Shown here: piece by piece, positions 59,646 to 64,000 of the stretch
Position numbering within the stretch: position 1 is the first letter of the stretch
Layout: every line of letters begins with the position of its first letter
Notes under the pieces: model-generated
The model's input: the letters and a program-made list of their open reading frames with translations, nothing else
Databases searched by the model: none
What the model was told of the DNA's origin: nothing
Source of the DNA: an uncultured Prolixibacteraceae bacterium
GTDB lineage: Bacteria; Bacteroidota; Bacteroidia; Bacteroidales; FEN-979
Direction of reading: 5' to 3'
Length of the DNA: 64,000 bases
Assembly (NCBI GenBank): GCA_964455285.1
Contig: CAYVVG010000003.1
Coordinates: forward strand, 16,051-80,050
Program-made: the position numbers and the translations under genes

Positions 59646-61646
59646 ATGAACAAACCTCGGATGGCCATCTTCATCGATCCAGTCGGATTAGGCATCTGGC
59701 GCAGGCCTGTCTCAGGACTTTTCTGGGGATTCATGCTTATCACGCTCATCTCAAAACTGGTACCCTTCTCCCCGCGTATGCCGTCTCTCGGACTTGACCC
59801 ATCCTGGCAGCTCGGACTGAATCAGGCTGTCTCTCAAGGGCTCTGTTTCGGCACCGAACTGGTATTTACCTTTGGTCCGTATGCATCAATCTTTACAAGG
59901 TTGTTTCACCCGGGCACAGATTCTCTCATGCTTTTTAGCAGCATTTATCTGGCTTTTTCATTCTGGTTGTGCTTGTTGATGATCACCCGGGATGTTAGGT
60001 GGTATTGGACTCTTGGCTTTTGTCTCACAATTATCATTCTGGTACATTTTGACACCCTGTTAATCTCTTTCCCCCTGCTTGTCGGATTGCTGTCTTATAA
60101 AAGCTCGTTTGTCAAGGAGAAAAGCAGGCTTTCTCTGTCATTCCGGTGGGCATGTCTGGCAGTCGTATTCTCAGCAATTGGCCTATTGACGCTCGTGAAG
60201 GGTTCGATGCTCCTGATCTGCATGTCAATAATGGCATTGTGCCTGGTCTTTTTTTTCCTGCAAAAGCACGTCGTACCCGCATTTGTTTCGCTATTTGCAC
60301 CGCTGGGGTCAGTGGTCTTACTTTGGATTGCCTCAGGTCAGTGGCTGCCCGATCTTCCATCCTATTTCAAAGGCATTCTGCTGGTCAGCTCCGGCTATTC
60401 GGAAGCCATGGCAACCTCCGGTAATACCTATGAAATTGCCTTGTTTATACTTGCTGCTCTCCTGATTTTGCTCCTGGCTTTCCTGCAAAACGGAATTTCG
60501 TGGCATTCGAGGTTGTTTTTGTTTCTCCTTTTTTCCTCCTTTCTCTTTCTCTCCTTTAAAGCCGGTTTTGTCCGTCATGACATGCATGCCATCCTCTCTG
60601 CCAATTCAGTTTTAATTGCATCCCTTTGCCTGCCCATGATTCTGCACAATCGGTTCACATTCCCGGTGATCTTGTGTTCCATCTTCTTTTGGTATCTTAT
60701 TCATGTCAATTATTATCCTTTAAATATCAATATTTTGATGAACAACACATGGTCCCCCTATATCAAAGCATACAAAGGGATCCATAAACGGCTGACCAAC
60801 AAAGATTGGTTGAGGTCACGTTACGCCACCCGACTGGACAGTCTTGCAAAGAAATCCTCATTCCCCCGGCTGGCCGGCACTTCCGATATATATTCCAGCA
60901 GCCAGTCATCCCTGATCGCTTCGGGAAATAACTGGTCGCCCCGTCCGGTCTTCCAGAGTTATGCAGCCTTCAACCCCCGGCTTGCTGCTATGAACCGCGA
61001 CCACCTTCTCGGAAACAAGGCCCCCGACCATGTTTTCTTCGGCATGGAACCGATCGACGGCAGGCTCCCGTCGTTGGAAGACGGGGTCAGCTGGCCGGTA
61101 CTCCTGAACCTTTACCGGCCCCTGATGATGAACGACAGCCTGTTAGTCCTGGACAGGGTCAGGGACATGGCGGCGGAACCCCCGCTGGATCCCGTTTTTG
61201 ACAGGAGATTCGACACCGGAGAGCCCGTGGCATTGCCGGATACGGGCAGCGTCCTGTTCGCCCAGGTCATCGTCGAACTCGGGATCTTCGGGCGGCTGGC
61301 CGATTTTTTCTATAAACCCGGTTCACTGAGGATAACGCTGGTACTGAACGACGGCAACATCAAGGAGTTTCGCTTCGTGGCAGGCATGGCGGCCTCCGGA
61401 TTTGTCCTTTCCCCGTTGATCGAAAATCCGCACGAATTTTATCTCTTGTACGTCGATCCTGGCAGTCTTGTCAACAAGACCGTCAGATCCATGACGGTCG
61501 TACCGGAAGATCCGGACGATCTTTCCTGGGAAAAAAACTATCGGGTCATTATCAGCCGGCTCCCGGTACGGAAGGCAGATCCCCGGCAGGTCAGGAATTT
61601 TTCGGAGGAAAAGCCCGATTTAACTACTTTTGAGGTGAAAAAGTGA
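59646..61646 (+). CDS. Polytopic membrane protein with a C-terminal soluble domain (candidate GT-C-type glycosyltransferase or polymerase)
   Basis: I chose the start at ATG 59646 (MNKPRMAIF...). There are at least 10 hydrophobic segments over ~390 aa, including GLDPSWQLGLNQAVSQG in an early loop. About 270 aa of hydrophilic sequence follow. The function is inferred from context only. Confidence 0.45.
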   Translation: MNKPRMAIFIDPVGLGIWRRPVSGLFWGFMLITLISKLVPFSPRMPSLGLDPSWQLGLNQAVSQGLCFGTELVFTFGPYASIFTRLFHPGTDSLMLFSSIYLAFSFWLCLLMITRDVRWYWTLGFCLTIIILVHFDTLLISFPLLVGLLSYKSSFVKEKSRLSLSFRWACLAVVFSAIGLLTLVKGSMLLICMSIMALCLVFFFLQKHVVPAFVSLFAPLGSVVLLWIASGQWLPDLPSYFKGILLVSSGYSEAMATSGNTYEIALFILAALLILLLAFLQNGISWHSRLFLFLLFSSFLFLSFKAGFVRHDMHAILSANSVLIASLCLPMILHNRFTFPVILCSIFFWYLIHVNYYPLNINILMNNTWSPYIKAYKGIHKRLTNKDWLRSRYATRLDSLAKKSSFPRLAGTSDIYSSSQSSLIASGNNWSPRPVFQSYAAFNPRLAAMNRDHLLGNKAPDHVFFGMEPIDGRLPSLEDGVSWPVLLNLYRPLMMNDSLLVLDRVRDMAAEPPLDPVFDRRFDTGEPVALPDTGSVLFAQVIVELGIFGRLADFFYKPGSLRITLVLNDGNIKEFRFVAGMAASGFVLSPLIENPHEFYLLYVDPGSLVNKTVRSMTVVPEDPDDLSWEKNYRVIISRLPVRKADPRQVRNFSEEKPDLTTFEVKK

Positions 61647-61664
61647 AACAAACACCTGGAACAA

Positions 61665-62747
61665 ATGGATAAAACGATCGTGATCAGCGGCGGATGCGGT
61701 TTTGTGGGTTCTCACCTCGCGGTCGGTTTCAGGGAAAAGCATCCCGCCTGCACCGTGATCGCCCTCGACAACCTGAAACGCCGGGGTTCCGAACTGAATC
61801 TCCTCCGGCTCCGCCAGGCCGGCGTCAGTTTCCGGCACGGGGATATCCGCATTCGCGAGGACATCGAAGCCCTCGGCCCGTTCGACCTTTTCATCGACGC
61901 CTCCGCCGAACCGTCTGTCGTGGCGGGAATCACCGACTCCCTCGATTATGTGATCTCCACCAACCTGGGCGGAACCCTGCACTGCCTGCAGGCAGCAAAG
62001 AAATATCAAGCCGGCTTTATTTTCCTGTCGACCAGCCGGGTTTACCCCATGACCCGGCTTGGCAGCATATCCTATGAAGAGACCCCGACACGGCTGGCAC
62101 CGGCCGGGACGACACACCTTCCCGGCCTCTCCGAAAAAGGCATTGCAGAGGATTTCCCCCTGGAGGGAGCACGATCCTTCTACGGGGCGACCAAGCTGGC
62201 CTCGGAACTGATGATCGGCGAATTCCATGCCATGACCGGCATGAAAACCGTCATCAACCGCTGCGGGGTGATCGCCGGTCCCCGCCAGATGGGGAAAGTC
62301 GACCAGGGGTTTGTCGTTCACTGGATCGCCCGTCATTTCTGGGAAAAACCGCTCTCCTACTTCGGATACGGGGGCGGGGGAAAACAGGTGCGCGACATGC
62401 TGCATGTCGGCGACCTTTTCCGGCTGATCGACGAACAGGCCGGCAACATGGAGAAATTCAACGGGGGAACCTTCAATGTCGGGGGTGGCCTGCCGGGTTC
62501 GGTATCGCTTTGCGAGCTGACGGAGATGTGCCGGGCGATCACCGGTCGCCGGCTGGAGATCGGCCGGGTGCCCGAAAACCGGGTAGCCGACATCCCTTGG
62601 TTTGTCACCGACCACTCCCTGATCACCCGGCTGTCGGGCTGGGAGCCCCGGATCCGGCCGACGGAGATCGTTTCGGAGATCCATGACTGGATCCGGTCCG
62701 ATCCTCAACCGCTCTTCGACCTGCTCATTAACGAACAACGATCATGA
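61665..62747 (+). CDS. NAD-dependent epimerase/dehydratase (CDP-paratose-2-epimerase-like SDR)
   Basis: 360 aa. [36 protein letters not shown] and YGATKLASE (YxxxK). Confidence 0.75.
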   Translation: MDKTIVISGGCGFVGSHLAVGFREKHPACTVIALDNLKRRGSELNLLRLRQAGVSFRHGDIRIREDIEALGPFDLFIDASAEPSVVAGITDSLDYVISTNLGGTLHCLQAAKKYQAGFIFLSTSRVYPMTRLGSISYEETPTRLAPAGTTHLPGLSEKGIAEDFPLEGARSFYGATKLASELMIGEFHAMTGMKTVINRCGVIAGPRQMGKVDQGFVVHWIARHFWEKPLSYFGYGGGGKQVRDMLHVGDLFRLIDEQAGNMEKFNGGTFNVGGGLPGSVSLCELTEMCRAITGRRLEIGRVPENRVADIPWFVTDHSLITRLSGWEPRIRPTEIVSEIHDWIRSDPQPLFDLLINEQRS

Positions 62748-63805
62748 ACATTGCTTTGGTTACAGGCTCGGCCGGACTGGTCGGCAGCGAATCCGTCTCA
62801 TTCTTCTCTGCTTTTTTCGACACGGTGCTAGGGATCGACAACGACCTCCGGGCCTATTTCTTCGGCACCGACGCCTCCACCGAATGGAACCGTCGGCACC
62901 TGGAGGAACAATTCACGAATTACAAACACTTCTCCGCCGATATCCGCAATTATCCGGCCATGGAAGAGATCTTCAGGGAGTACGGCACCGACATCCGGCT
63001 GGTGATCCATGCCGCCGCCCAGCCCAGCCACGACTGGGCCGCCAAAGAGCCGCTCACGGATTTCACGGTCAACGCCAACGGTACGCTCAACCTGCTGGAA
63101 CTGACCCGGAAATACTGCCCCGCAGCAGTGTTTATCTACACCTCCACCAACAAGGTGTACGGCGATACGCCCAACTTTCTGCCCCTGGTCGAGCTGGAAA
63201 CCCGCTGGGAGATCGACGCTTCCCATCCTTTTTTCGCCCACGGCATCGATGAGTCGATGAGCATCGACCACAGCAAACATTCCCTTTTCGGTGCTTCCAA
63301 AGTGGCTGCCGATGTACTGTCGCAGGAGTACGGCCGCTATTTCGGCATGAACGTGGGGGTGTTCCGCGGCGGCTGCCTCACCGGGCCGAACCACTCGGGC
63401 ACCCAGCTCCACGGCTTTCTCTCCTACCTGATGAAATGCGCCATCACCGGGGAACATTACACCATTTACGGCTATAAGGGGAAGCAGGTGCGCGACAACA
63501 TCCACAGCCGCGACCTGGTGAACATGTTCTGGCATTTCTACCGGGATCCCAGGCAAGGAGAAGCCTATAATGCAGGCGGAGGCAGGCATTCGCACTGCTC
63601 GATGCTGGAGGCCATCGCCCTGTGCGAGAAGATCACTGGAAAAAAGATGAATTACTCCTACGCCGGGAACAACCGCATCGGCGACCACATCTGGTATGTG
63701 AGCGACCTGTCGAAATTCAGATCCCACTATCCCGGGTGGGGCTGGGAATTCGGCCTGGAAGAGATCCTGGTGCAGATCTACAACGGCATGAGCAAACGGG
63801 TTTAA
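62744..63805 (+). CDS. NAD-dependent epimerase/dehydratase (second SDR, ATGA-coupled)
   Basis: 353 aa. [20 protein letters not shown] and FGASKVAAD (YxxxK-like with F/K). 4-nt overlap with the upstream SDR gene. Confidence 0.75.
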   Translation: MNIALVTGSAGLVGSESVSFFSAFFDTVLGIDNDLRAYFFGTDASTEWNRRHLEEQFTNYKHFSADIRNYPAMEEIFREYGTDIRLVIHAAAQPSHDWAAKEPLTDFTVNANGTLNLLELTRKYCPAAVFIYTSTNKVYGDTPNFLPLVELETRWEIDASHPFFAHGIDESMSIDHSKHSLFGASKVAADVLSQEYGRYFGMNVGVFRGGCLTGPNHSGTQLHGFLSYLMKCAITGEHYTIYGYKGKQVRDNIHSRDLVNMFWHFYRDPRQGEAYNAGGGRHSHCSMLEAIALCEKITGKKMNYSYAGNNRIGDHIWYVSDLSKFRSHYPGWGWEFGLEEILVQIYNGMSKRV

Positions 63806-63806
63806 C

Positions 63807-64000
63807 ATGGATTACGACCGTATTTACGAATACCGGTTCAGGGGTGTCTCCACCGATAAAAAGCAGGTGACCTGGGATGCGGTTTCCCGTTTCATCATGC
63901 GCGCCCTGGATAACCCCGCGAAAGTGATCGACCCGGCTGCCGGCATGTGCGAGTTCATCAACGCGGCAAAGGCCCCGGAAAAATGGGCGATCGACCTGAA
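63807..64000 (+). CDS. Probable SAM-dependent methyltransferase, N-terminal fragment (runs off the right edge)
   Basis: My own translation from ATG 63807 gives MDYDRIYEYRFRGVSTDKKQVTWDAVSRFIMRALDNPAKVIDPAAGMCEFINAAKAPEKWAIDL. VIDPAAGMCEF resembles MTase motif I. The ORF starts 1 nt after the previous stop and is not in the ORF track because it has no stop in the window. Confidence 0.5.
   Translation, partial: MDYDRIYEYRFRGVSTDKKQVTWDAVSRFIMRALDNPAKVIDPAAGMCEFINAAKAPEKWAIDL

Noticed and set aside
61620-63808. Minus-strand ORFs of 372 aa and 326 aa opposite the two SDR genes
   Set aside because: They are shadow ORFs. The plus strand carries Rossmann GxxGxxG and YxxxK motifs and ATGA coupling.

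Overview
This is a high-GC, Bacteroidota-like chromosomal segment. The taxonomic call rests on five secreted proteins with T9SS-type C-terminal sorting domains, a GH92 mannosidase, and recurring TAnnTTTG promoter boxes. I support about 47 protein-coding genes and one tRNA-Ser(GGA). I see no rRNA, CRISPR array, transposase, integrase or phage genes.

Layout:
- 1-7.3 kb: a large TolB/Omp85-like outer-membrane protein that runs off the left edge, then an MBL hydrolase, a GT9 heptosyltransferase, TatD, asparaginase and the tRNA.
- 7.3-17.9 kb: a block of secreted proteins, comprising three T9SS cargos, a PHP phosphoesterase and one protein with an IPTL-CTERM-like tail.
- 18.5-26.4 kb: a sulfur-compound respiration and handling cluster. 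It holds a PsrABC/PhsABC-like molybdoenzyme, a split YeeE/YedE pair, a cysteine-less rhodanese that ends in GGC, MobA, DUF302, OsmC and a methyltransferase.
- 26.4-40.1 kb: mixed genes, including a T9SS cargo with a CxxCH motif, PAP2, an NdpA-like protein, GH92, an S8 peptidase, a TMTC/GT39-like TPR membrane protein, a channel-less MgtE_N/CBS protein, an SDR-type threonine dehydrogenase-like protein and a PQQ-like propeller.
- 40.4 kb to the right edge: a large surface-glycan locus.

The glycan locus is the most unusual part. It contains a roughly 19-kb, 12-gene minus-strand gene train. Within it is a 2,123-aa protein that joins a WbsX/GH99-like domain, a coiled coil of about 350 aa, and four glycosyltransferase-like domains, which may act as a molecular ruler. 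The train also holds a kinase-like/methyltransferase fusion, a sulfatase-family enzyme flanked by two paralogous anchored proteins, and a short YidC paralogue coupled by an ATGA overlap to a 71-aa membrane ORF.

Intergenic DNA is built from dispersed CCCCTCCC/GGGAGGGG hairpins and short tandem repeats of 6-8 bp.

All calls come from reading the sequence and from motif recognition. No database search was run.
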